Shown here: positions 6,673 through 14,905 of the stretch, piece by piece
How the letters are laid out: each line of letters begins with the position of its first letter
How positions within the stretch are numbered: the stretch's first letter is position 1
Assembly (NCBI GenBank): GCA_001898545.1
Contig: MKUB01000160.1
Location: 1-52,655, forward strand
DNA: 52,655 nt
Direction of reading: 5' to 3'
Origin: Sphingomonadales bacterium 63-6
GTDB lineage: Bacteria > Pseudomonadota > Alphaproteobacteria > Sphingomonadales > Sphingomonadaceae
Notes under the pieces: generated by a model
The model's database searches: none
What the model saw: only the letters and a program-made list of their open reading frames with translations
Told to the model about the DNA's origin: nothing
Translations under genes and position numbers: made by a program

Positions 6673-8238
6673 ATGGATGACAAGACACTTCCGCCGGGCA
6701 GTCTGGATCAGGCTGTCCGCGCGATGGAAGCGGCATTAGGTTCCGAAAATGTCCTGACCCAGCCGGCCGCCATGGCCGATTACGGCGATCCCTTCGCCCC
6801 GCCGGGCGAATGGTATCGCCCGGGGGCGGTGCTGCTGCCCGGCAGTGTGGAAGAAGTGCAGGCGGTGCTGCGCATCGCCAATGAACATGGCACTCCGGTC
6901 TGGACCAGCAGCCAGGGCCGCAACAAGGGCTATGGCGGCGGCGCACCCCGCGTTTCGGGCAGCTTCGCCCTGTCGCTGCGGCGCATGAACCGCGTGCTGG
7001 AAGTGGACGAGGAAAACTGCATGGCGCTGGTCGAACCCGGCGTCCGCTTCTTCGACCTATACGATCACCTGCGCGCCAGCGGCTCCAAGCTGTGGATGTC
7101 CGTCCCCGATCTGGGTGGCGGCAGCGTGATCGGCAACGCACTTGAACACGGGGTAGGTTACACCCCCATTGGCGATCATTTCGGCCAGCATTGCGGCATG
7201 GAAGTGGTGCTGCCCAATGGCGACATCCTGCGCACCGGCATGGGCGGCATGTCCAATCCGCACAACTGGCTGGTCTATCCCCACAGTGCGGGCCCCAGCT
7301 GGGACGGCATCTTCACCCAGTCCAATTACGGCATCGTCACCAAGATGGGCGTTGCCCTGATGCATGCCCCGGAAGTCTATGCGCCGGGCTGGTTCATGCT
7401 CGACAATGAAGAGCATTACGGCACCTTCCTGGAAGTGCTGCGCCCCTTGATGATCGACGGCACGATTTCCAACCAGCCGATGATCATCAACGCCGTCTGT
7501 GCCGCCAGCGCATTCTGGGGGCGCGAGGAATGGTACACCGGCAATGATCCCATTCCCGAAGAAGTGATCGACCGGATCGCGGGCACGCCGGGCTTCGGCC
7601 GCTGGGTGATGCGCTTTGCCGTGATGGGGGACGAGCCCGTGGTGCGGCACAACCGCGCCAAGATCGAGGCCGCCTTTGCCACGATCCCGGGCGCCAGCGT
7701 GATGTTCGAGGAATTCGACGGTCGCAACCTGCCCGAATTCGAGAATCCGCATCACCGCGTCCAGGCCGGCATTCCGTCCATGGCGCTGGATCGCATGACC
7801 CGCTGGTATGGCGGCGAGGATGGCGGCCATATCGGTTTTTCCTGCGCCATGCCGATCGCGGGCAAGGATGGCTGCGCCATTCGCGATCTGACGCGGGGCG
7901 TGTTGAACGAACGCGGGCTGGATTATTCGGCGGCAATCATCGTCGGGCGCCGCAGCATGATCCATGTCGCGCTGGTGGTGTTCGACACGACCGATGAAGA
8001 ACAGACCCGCAGCGCCTATGCCGCCACCAAGGCCATGCTCGAGCCAGCCGCCCGGCTCGGCTATGGCGAATATCGCAGCCATGTGGACTTCATGGATGAA
8101 GTTGCCGCGCTCTACGATTTCAACAACAACGCCCAGCAGCGTTTCGCCCAGAAGATCAAGGATTGCCTCGATCCCAACGGCATACTCTCGCCGGGCAAGC
8201 AGGGCATCTGGCCCACCTCCTATCGCAACAAGGACTGA
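6673..8238 (+). CDS. VAO/PCMH-family FAD oxidoreductase, 4-phenol oxidase type (eugenol/vanillyl-alcohol oxidase-like)
   Basis: GRNKGYGG, VEPGV, PDLGGGSVIGNALEHG, QSNYGIVTKMG, GGHIGFS, GEYRSH, LDPNGILSPGKQGIW. Confidence 0.9.
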   Translation: MDDKTLPPGSLDQAVRAMEAALGSENVLTQPAAMADYGDPFAPPGEWYRPGAVLLPGSVEEVQAVLRIANEHGTPVWTSSQGRNKGYGGGAPRVSGSFALSLRRMNRVLEVDEENCMALVEPGVRFFDLYDHLRASGSKLWMSVPDLGGGSVIGNALEHGVGYTPIGDHFGQHCGMEVVLPNGDILRTGMGGMSNPHNWLVYPHSAGPSWDGIFTQSNYGIVTKMGVALMHAPEVYAPGWFMLDNEEHYGTFLEVLRPLMIDGTISNQPMIINAVCAASAFWGREEWYTGNDPIPEEVIDRIAGTPGFGRWVMRFAVMGDEPVVRHNRAKIEAAFATIPGASVMFEEFDGRNLPEFENPHHRVQAGIPSMALDRMTRWYGGEDGGHIGFSCAMPIAGKDGCAIRDLTRGVLNERGLDYSAAIIVGRRSMIHVALVVFDTTDEEQTRSAYAATKAMLEPAARLGYGEYRSHVDFMDEVAALYDFNNNAQQRFAQKIKDCLDPNGILSPGKQGIWPTSYRNKD

Positions 8239-8240
8239 CT

Positions 8241-9296
8241 GTGACACACGAACTCAAGACCGGAGGTGACCGCGGTTACCTGCGCATCGCCACTGAAGAA
8301 GCCTTCGCCACCCAGGAACAATTCGACGCCATCATGCGGCTGGTGAAGGAAGGCCGCGCCGATGAAGGCACGATGTCGCTGTGGGGCTTCTACGGCACCA
8401 GCGCCTCGGAACGCACCACCTTCATACGCGAGCGTCTGCTCGACATCGGCGAGCTGCGCATCCAGGCTATGGACGATACCGGCATCGACAAGGCCGTGCT
8501 GGCGCTGACCAGCCCCGGCGTCCAGTCGCTGTTCGACGCGGAAGAGGCCAAGGGCATTGCCCGGCGTTCCAACGACATCCTGAAAGATGCCTGCGAGAAA
8601 TATCCCGACCGCTTCTATGGCATGATCGCCATTGCCCCGCAGGACCCGGAATGGTCCGCCGAGGAACTGAAGCGCGGCAAGGAAGAACTGGGCTTCCACG
8701 GCGTGCAGGTGAACAGCCATACCCATGGCCATTATCTGGACGAGGAACAGTTCGACCCGATCCTGCGCGCCTGCGCCGATCTGGACCTGCCGCTCTATAT
8801 CCACCCGCAGGGCCCGCCGGACGGCATGATCGGCACCATGGTGGAAGCCGGGCTGGACGGGGCCGTGTTCGGCTTCGGCATGGAAACCAGCTTCCACGGG
8901 TTGCGCATGATGACCACGGGCGTGTTCGACCGCTATCCCGGCCTGCAGATGATGCTGGGCCATGGCTGCGAGGCGATCCCCTATTGGATCTATCGCCACA
9001 ATTACATGCATCAAGCCGGTGTCCGCTCGAAGCGCTATCCGCGCCTGCAGCCGCTGCAGCACGATCTGTTCCACTATCTGCGCAACAATGTGCTGGCCAC
9101 CAACAGCGGCATGCCCTTCGGCCCCGCCATCAAGCTCCTGATCGAGGTGATGGGCGAAGACCGCGTGATGTATGCGATGGATTATCCCTACGAATATGTC
9201 GCCGACGAAGTGCGCTGGATGGACGATCTGGACATCACGCCGGAACAGAAGAAGAAGTTCTTCCAGACCAATGCGGAGCGCTGGTTCAAGCTCTGA
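8241..9296 (+). CDS. ligW: 5-carboxyvanillate/5-carboxyferulate decarboxylase (amidohydrolase 2)
   Basis: GYLRIATEEAF, LTSPGVQ, YIHP, AMDYPY, FFQTNAERWFKL match the recalled N. aromaticivorans LigW; GTG start. Confidence 0.9.
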   Translation: MTHELKTGGDRGYLRIATEEAFATQEQFDAIMRLVKEGRADEGTMSLWGFYGTSASERTTFIRERLLDIGELRIQAMDDTGIDKAVLALTSPGVQSLFDAEEAKGIARRSNDILKDACEKYPDRFYGMIAIAPQDPEWSAEELKRGKEELGFHGVQVNSHTHGHYLDEEQFDPILRACADLDLPLYIHPQGPPDGMIGTMVEAGLDGAVFGFGMETSFHGLRMMTTGVFDRYPGLQMMLGHGCEAIPYWIYRHNYMHQAGVRSKRYPRLQPLQHDLFHYLRNNVLATNSGMPFGPAIKLLIEVMGEDRVMYAMDYPYEYVADEVRWMDDLDITPEQKKKFFQTNAERWFKL

Positions 9297-9304
9297 TCAA
9301 TATA

Positions 9305-9337
9305 CGGGCGCGCGGGCGATTGCCGCCTGCGCGCCCG
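9305..9337 (+). terminator. GC-rich hairpin after ligW (no U tract; possibly mRNA-stabilising)
   Basis: CGGGCGCGCGGGCG-ATTGC-CGCCTGCGCGCCCG. Confidence 0.5.
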
Positions 9338-9383
9338 CATGCTTCAAGGACGCGCAAAGAAAGCGGCCACAGGGGAGAGAGAC

Positions 9384-10238
9384 ATGACCATCTATGCGAT
9401 TTGCGGAGCCTCCGGCCAGCTCGGCCATCTGGTGCTCGATGCCCTGTTGCGCAAAGTGCCCGCCGCCAATGTCGTCGCCCTGGCGCGCGATCCCGCCAAG
9501 CTGGCCGATTATGCGGCCAAGGGCGTGGAAGTGCGCGCGGCCGATTACGATGCGCCCGAAACGCTCGCCCCCGCTCTTGCCGGGGTGGACCGGCTGCTGC
9601 TGATTTCCGGCAGCGCCATCGGGCAGCGCCCGCGCCAGCATCAGGCCGTGATCGACGCCGCCAAGCAGGCAGGCGTGGGCTACATGGCGTATACTTCCAT
9701 CCTCCATGCCGATCGTTCGCCGATCAAGCTGGGCGAGGAACACCGCCAGACGGAGGCCGCGCTGGCCGCCAGCGGCCTGTCCTACGATGTGCTGCGCAAT
9801 GGCTGGTACAACGAGAATTACACCTTCTCGCTTCCCGCCCAGATCGAGGCCGGCGTGATTACCGGCGCGCAGGGCGATGGCCGGATCAACTCCGCCTCCC
9901 GCAAGGATCTGGCCGAAGGCGCCGCCGCCGTGCTGCTGGATGGCAAGGGCGGCGATATTTACGAACTGGCCGGTGACAAGGGCTGGACTCTGGCCGAATT
10001 CGCGAAGGAGCTTTCCCGCCAGTCGGGCAAGCCGGTCACCTATGTGAATATGGGCGAGGAGGAATATGCCCAGTCGCTGATCGCGGCGGGCTTCCCCGAA
10101 TATGCCGCGCGGGTGATCGCCAATTCGGCCTACAGCACTAGCCTGGGCGCGCTGGAGGAAACCGGCGGCACGCTCGGCAAGCTGATCGGGCGCCCGACCA
10201 CACCGATTGCGGAAACGATTGCGGAGGCACTGCGTTAA
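9384..10238 (+). CDS. NmrA-like atypical SDR, NAD(P)H:quinone oxidoreductase (QorB/YtfG-like)
   Basis: GASGQLG, ADYD, LLLISG, QHQAVIDAAK, LRNGWY, YELAG. Confidence 0.85.
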   Translation: MTIYAICGASGQLGHLVLDALLRKVPAANVVALARDPAKLADYAAKGVEVRAADYDAPETLAPALAGVDRLLLISGSAIGQRPRQHQAVIDAAKQAGVGYMAYTSILHADRSPIKLGEEHRQTEAALAASGLSYDVLRNGWYNENYTFSLPAQIEAGVITGAQGDGRINSASRKDLAEGAAAVLLDGKGGDIYELAGDKGWTLAEFAKELSRQSGKPVTYVNMGEEEYAQSLIAAGFPEYAARVIANSAYSTSLGALEETGGTLGKLIGRPTTPIAETIAEALR

Positions 10239-10313
10239 GCCCGTTCAGGCATGAGTATACTCGCCCCCGACCCCGCATCCGGCTGGGGCGGAGAGTGCGG
10301 GGGAGGAGAACAG

Positions 10314-11942
10314 ATGGCGAGCAGCACAGCCGATAAGGGCGTGAGCGAAGGTGCGAAAGTCAGCCGCGCGGGCTGGTATGCGCTCACCATGGTATCGGCC
10401 GCACAGGCGATGAGCCTGCTGGACCGGCAAATCCTATCCATCCTGGCCCCGCATATCCGCGAGGATCTGCAGATCGGCGATGCCGAACTGGGCCTGCTCT
10501 ACGGCACGCTCTTCGCGCTGTTCTATGCTCTCTTCTCGCTCCCGCTCGGCCGTCTGGTCGATGGCTGGGTGCGCACCAAGCTGTTGGCCCTGTGCCTTGC
10601 CGCATGGTCGATCTCCGCTGGCCTGGCTGCCTTTGCCAGCGGCTTCACCCTGCTCGCCATTTCCCGCCTGGGCGTTGGCATTGGGGAGGCTGCGACACAG
10701 CCTGCCGCCAATTCCATCATCTTCGACGAATTTCCACGCCGCCTGCGCGGCACGGCCATGGCGGCGCTGGGCATTGCCGTGGCGCTGGGGCTGGGCCTCT
10801 CCATGACTTTGGGCGGCGTGGTCGCCCAATGGTGGGACACTGCCTTCCCCGATGGCGGGCCGGGCGGCTTTTCCGGCTGGCAAGCCGCCTTCCTGATCGC
10901 CGCTTTGCCCGGCCTCCCCCTCGCCTGGCTGATCTGGCGCATGCGTGAGCCGGTGCGCGGCGGGATGGACGGCATTGCCGCCCCGGAAGATCCCACGCCT
11001 TTCAAATCCAGCGCGGGCGTGCTGGCGGCAGTCACGCCGGGCACCAACTGGTTCTATCTCTGGCACCGCAAGGCGGGTGCCCGGCAATGGACGATCAACA
11101 TCGCCAGCCTTGCCCTGATCCTGCTGGGCTGCATCGGCATGACCCGGCTGACGCAGGGCTTCAGCCCCCGGCCTGCCGTGGAGGCACTCGGCCTCTCGAT
11201 CGATCCGCATGTGATGCAATGGTTCGTCGTCGGCTTCGGCGCCTTCGTGATCGTGAACCTGTTTCAGAGCTTCAAGCTGACCGACAAGCCCGCCTATAAT
11301 GTGATCCTGTCCCCCTCGCTGATGCTGCTGATGGTGGTGGGGGGCCTCCAGACCTCGATCAATTACGGCGTGATGGGCTTCACCCCTTCCTTCCTGATCC
11401 GCGAATTCGGCCTTTCGCCTGCGGCCACGGGTCTGCAGTTCGGCCTGCTTTCCGCCGCACTGGGGATGATCGGCCCGATCCTGGCCGGGCCCCTGTCGGA
11501 CTGGCTGACGCGCCGCATGGGCGGGCGTGGCCGGGTGCTACTGACCCTTGCCGCGCTGGGCATTTCGCCTTTCTTCGGCATCTGGACCTTCAGCGCCCCG
11601 GATGCGACCAGCTTCTACCTGCGCTTCACCGTTTACAGCCTGATCCTGACCCTGTGGCTGCCGCCGATCTATTCGCTGATGTACGATCTGGTTCTGCCGC
11701 GCATGCGGGGCATCACCAGTTCGGTCTATATCATCGTTTCCACTCTGCTGGGCCTGGGGATGGGCCCCTATTTCGTCGGCATCGTGAGCGACCGTAATGG
11801 CGGGGACCTTGGCCAGGCGATCATCTCGGTCAACGTGGTGGCCCCGGCTATCGTGCTGATATTGCTGTTCGTGCTGTTCAGGGTGAACCGTGACGAATCA
11901 ACCATGCTGGCGCGGGCGCGCGCCGGCGGAGAACCTGTGTAA
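10314..11942 (+). CDS. MFS transporter (spinster-like, with central insertion)
   Basis: LLDRQILSIL, GRLVDGWVR, RLGVGIGEA; longer than a standard 12-TM MFS. Confidence 0.9.
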   Translation: MASSTADKGVSEGAKVSRAGWYALTMVSAAQAMSLLDRQILSILAPHIREDLQIGDAELGLLYGTLFALFYALFSLPLGRLVDGWVRTKLLALCLAAWSISAGLAAFASGFTLLAISRLGVGIGEAATQPAANSIIFDEFPRRLRGTAMAALGIAVALGLGLSMTLGGVVAQWWDTAFPDGGPGGFSGWQAAFLIAALPGLPLAWLIWRMREPVRGGMDGIAAPEDPTPFKSSAGVLAAVTPGTNWFYLWHRKAGARQWTINIASLALILLGCIGMTRLTQGFSPRPAVEALGLSIDPHVMQWFVVGFGAFVIVNLFQSFKLTDKPAYNVILSPSLMLLMVVGGLQTSINYGVMGFTPSFLIREFGLSPAATGLQFGLLSAALGMIGPILAGPLSDWLTRRMGGRGRVLLTLAALGISPFFGIWTFSAPDATSFYLRFTVYSLILTLWLPPIYSLMYDLVLPRMRGITSSVYIIVSTLLGLGMGPYFVGIVSDRNGGDLGQAIISVNVVAPAIVLILLFVLFRVNRDESTMLARARAGGEPV

Positions 11943-11946
11943 GATC

Positions 11947-13497
11947 ATGACCAACGAAATTGTCACCGTCCGCGAAGCCGCCTTCCGTATCTTCCAATAT
12001 TTCGGCGTGGATCGCCTGTTCGGCAATCCCGGCAGCACCGAACTGCCCATGCTGAAGGCCATGCCCTTCCCCTATGTCATGGGCCTGAACGAGGCTGTGG
12101 TGATGGGCATGGCGGATGGCTACGCCCGCGCCACGGGCAAGCCTTCACTGGTCAATTTGCACAGCTCCGCCGGGACGGGCCATTCGCTGGGCAATCTGTT
12201 TACCGCTTACAAGAACAACACGCCCATCGTGGTCACCGCCGGGCAACAGGCGCGCAGCATCCTGCCGCATGACCCCTTCCTGTTCGCGGAACGGGCGACG
12301 GAATTCCCGCGTCCCTATGTGAAGTTCTCGGTGGAGCCCGCACGGGCGCAGGACGTGCCGCTGGCGCTGATCCGCGCCTTCATCAGTGCGCTGACCCCGC
12401 CGATGGGGCCGGTATTCGTCTCCATCCCCGTGGATGACTGGGACCGTGAATGCGAAATGCCGCTGCTGCCCGAAGTAGCGCTGACCCGTACCCCCGATGG
12501 CGACGGGCTGGAGCGGATTGCGAAGATGCTCGACGCGGCCAGCCGCCCTGCTCTGGTGCTGGGCACCGGCGTTGCCAATTGCGGCGGATGGGAAGATGCC
12601 ATCGAACTCGCTGAGAGGATTGGCGCCAGCGTATGGGCCGCCCCCTATGCTGCGCGGGAGACTTTCCCTGAAACCCACCCGCAATTCGCCGGTTTCCTCC
12701 CTGCCTGGCGGGACCAGATCCAGACCCTGCTCGATCCCTTCGACGCGGTGCTGGTCGCAGGCGCGCCGGTGTTCACCTATCATGTGGAGGGCAGCGGGCC
12801 GCACTGGCCGCGCCATGCCCAGCTTGCCGCATTGAGCGACGATCCCAATCATCTGGCCGCCCTGCCCGGCGGTTTCGGCGTTCTGGGCGATGTCGGCGCG
12901 GGGCTGGCAATCATCTCCGAATTCGCGAAGGAACGGGCATTCAGCGGCTCCAGCCATCAGCTGAAAAACCCCGAGCCTGCCATGAACGCGCCCTATGTGC
13001 TGAAACGCGTGGCCGAATTGCGCCCCGAACAGGCCGTGATCGTGGAAGAGGCGCCGACCGCGCGCGGGCCGGAGCATGACGTGCTGCCCATCACGCGCGA
13101 AGGCGGCTTCTATACCTGCGCCAGCGGGGGCCTCGGCTATTCGCTGCCCGCCTCCATCGGCATCGCCCTGGGTCAGCCCGACAAGGTGATCGCCATCCTG
13201 GGTGACGGCAGCGCGATGTACACGATCCAGGGGCTATTTGCTGCGAAGCTGGAAGCGGCCAATGTCAGCTTCGTGATCCTGAACAATGCGGCCTATGCGG
13301 CGCTGACCGGTTTTTCGGGCGAGTTCGGCATGAACCATGTGCCGGGCTGCGACCTGAGCGGACTGGACTTCACCCTGCTGGCCGAGGGTCATGGCGTTCC
13401 CGCCCGCCGGGTGGATGCGCTGGGCGAACTGGACGCCGCGCTGGAATGGAGCTTTGCCCAGACCGGCCCTTCGCTGCTGGATATCAGGATCGCCTGA
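11947..13497 (+). CDS. mdlC: ThDP-dependent benzoylformate (arylglyoxylate) decarboxylase-like
   Basis: FGNPGSTE, LNEAVV, NLHSSAG, TYH, ThDP motif GDGS...LNN. Confidence 0.75.
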   Translation: MTNEIVTVREAAFRIFQYFGVDRLFGNPGSTELPMLKAMPFPYVMGLNEAVVMGMADGYARATGKPSLVNLHSSAGTGHSLGNLFTAYKNNTPIVVTAGQQARSILPHDPFLFAERATEFPRPYVKFSVEPARAQDVPLALIRAFISALTPPMGPVFVSIPVDDWDRECEMPLLPEVALTRTPDGDGLERIAKMLDAASRPALVLGTGVANCGGWEDAIELAERIGASVWAAPYAARETFPETHPQFAGFLPAWRDQIQTLLDPFDAVLVAGAPVFTYHVEGSGPHWPRHAQLAALSDDPNHLAALPGGFGVLGDVGAGLAIISEFAKERAFSGSSHQLKNPEPAMNAPYVLKRVAELRPEQAVIVEEAPTARGPEHDVLPITREGGFYTCASGGLGYSLPASIGIALGQPDKVIAILGDGSAMYTIQGLFAAKLEAANVSFVILNNAAYAALTGFSGEFGMNHVPGCDLSGLDFTLLAEGHGVPARRVDALGELDAALEWSFAQTGPSLLDIRIA

Positions 13498-14577
13498 TTA
13501 ATTGCCTGCCAGGGCCGCGGCTTCCGTCCGCCGTTTGGCGCGCGAGCCGGTTATGGCCTCGCCAACGGTATTCCGCTCGTGGCAGGCATATTCGAAGATC
13601 GTATAGCTCTCGTCGCGGGTCCATTGCAGATCGGCCGTCCATGGGGCGGTGAAAACGGCGGGATCGTCATAGGTCATGCGATAGGCAATCGTGTCGTGCC
13701 CGGTCCTCGTCAGCCGCTCGGTCACCTTGGCCTCCGGGCCCACGGGAAGGGTGGCGTTCTCCCGGCCGGGGATGGGGCCCGCGGCGCGTTTTGCCAGATC
13801 GGTGGTGACGCTGTCGCCGCTGACGATATTGGTCGTCTCGATCACCAGAGTGTCCCCTTCCCAATGCCCCCGGCTGTTGCCGTGCCATGCGCGTATCTGC
13901 GCGGGCCATGGCTCCTTGCCGCCAAGCGGGATCACTCGTGTGCCGAAGGTTTCGAGCTGCAGCACGACATAACCGGGCGACTGGAACACGCGGATGCCGT
14001 TATTATAGGGCTGCGGCAGCATCACGGCGGGAAAGCCGCGCGTGATACAGCGTTCGAAGGGATCGAGATCGCTGATCCAGTCCACCACATCCACTGACCG
14101 CCAGGTGGACCGGCCCTTGGCATAAAGCTCTGCCGCCTGCGGAGTGAGCGGCGGCAACCGCCCATTTGCGGGGCTGACAATCAGGGAGCTCCGTCTGCCG
14201 AACGGCGTCGCCCGCAGCCAGTCGGCAAGGCCCATTGTGCCGCCGCCCTTGAGGTCCACCGTATAGGCCGCATCGGATTCTTCCGCCTCGCGCAGCCGCT
14301 CGGCGAATTCCTTGTCGGTCAGTTCGGCGCGGGTTCCCAATTCCGCCGGACGCTCCAGCCGGATACGGGCGTCATTGATGTTCTGGAGCGGCCAGGTCCC
14401 GCGAAAATCGGGATCGCCCCATGGGGTCTTTGGCAGAGCGGAACCCGGTGCCTCCAATGAAGCGACGGTGGGGTCGACCGGGGCCGAATGCGCTTCGGCC
14501 CGGTCACAGACCGCAGCGAATGCCAATGCTGCGCAGCAAACAGGGATCAAGCGCAATATTCGGCGTGGCTGCATCAT
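13498..14577 (-). CDS. Exported conserved hypothetical protein (PWGDPD..G.W / WEGDTLVIET / EYACHE family)
   Basis: Signal peptide-like N-terminus; recognisable conserved motifs; stop abuts the mdlC stop. Confidence 0.75.
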   Translation of the reverse strand: MMQPRRILRLIPVCCAALAFAAVCDRAEAHSAPVDPTVASLEAPGSALPKTPWGDPDFRGTWPLQNINDARIRLERPAELGTRAELTDKEFAERLREAEESDAAYTVDLKGGGTMGLADWLRATPFGRRSSLIVSPANGRLPPLTPQAAELYAKGRSTWRSVDVVDWISDLDPFERCITRGFPAVMLPQPYNNGIRVFQSPGYVVLQLETFGTRVIPLGGKEPWPAQIRAWHGNSRGHWEGDTLVIETTNIVSGDSVTTDLAKRAAGPIPGRENATLPVGPEAKVTERLTRTGHDTIAYRMTYDDPAVFTAPWTADLQWTRDESYTIFEYACHERNTVGEAITGSRAKRRTEAAALAGN

Positions 14578-14686
14578 TGGAATATCCCCGCACACAGCTG
14601 GGCCATGTGTGTGCAAATGCTATCCCGGAGACGCGCCTTCAACCAGCTAAAACAGCGCGCGCGGCGGCCAATAGCGCTTCCCCAAT

Positions 14687-14777
14687 CGTCACCCTGAGCT
14701 TGGTTCAGGACCCATTCCTCCTGATCGAGCTGCTGCTTGTGGGGAAAGATGGATGCTGAACCAAGTTCAGCATGACG
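14687..14777. repeat. REP-like element, family B (CGTCA..CTGA..TTCAG..TGACG), 91 bp
   Basis: Same ends and length as 39200-39290. Confidence 0.85.
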
Positions 14778-14844
14778 AACTTGGATGAAGGCGGATGGCG
14801 GGAGTTCGCCACATCGCGTGTTTGCAAGACGTGAATCGCCAAAG

Positions 14845-14881
14845 AAAAAGCGCGCCCCCCAGCATGGGAGGCGCGCCTTTT
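14845..14881 (-). terminator. Rho-independent terminator of degP
   Basis: On the minus strand GCGCGCCTCCC-ATGCT-GGGGGGCGCGC-TTTTT. Confidence 0.8.
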
Positions 14882-14905
14882 CGTAATGGCCATTGGCCTG
14901 GTGGT

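Noticed and set aside
8381-9976. 531-aa Arg/Pro-rich ORF overlapping ligW and the NmrA-like gene
   Set aside because: Alternate-frame artefact typical of GC-rich DNA
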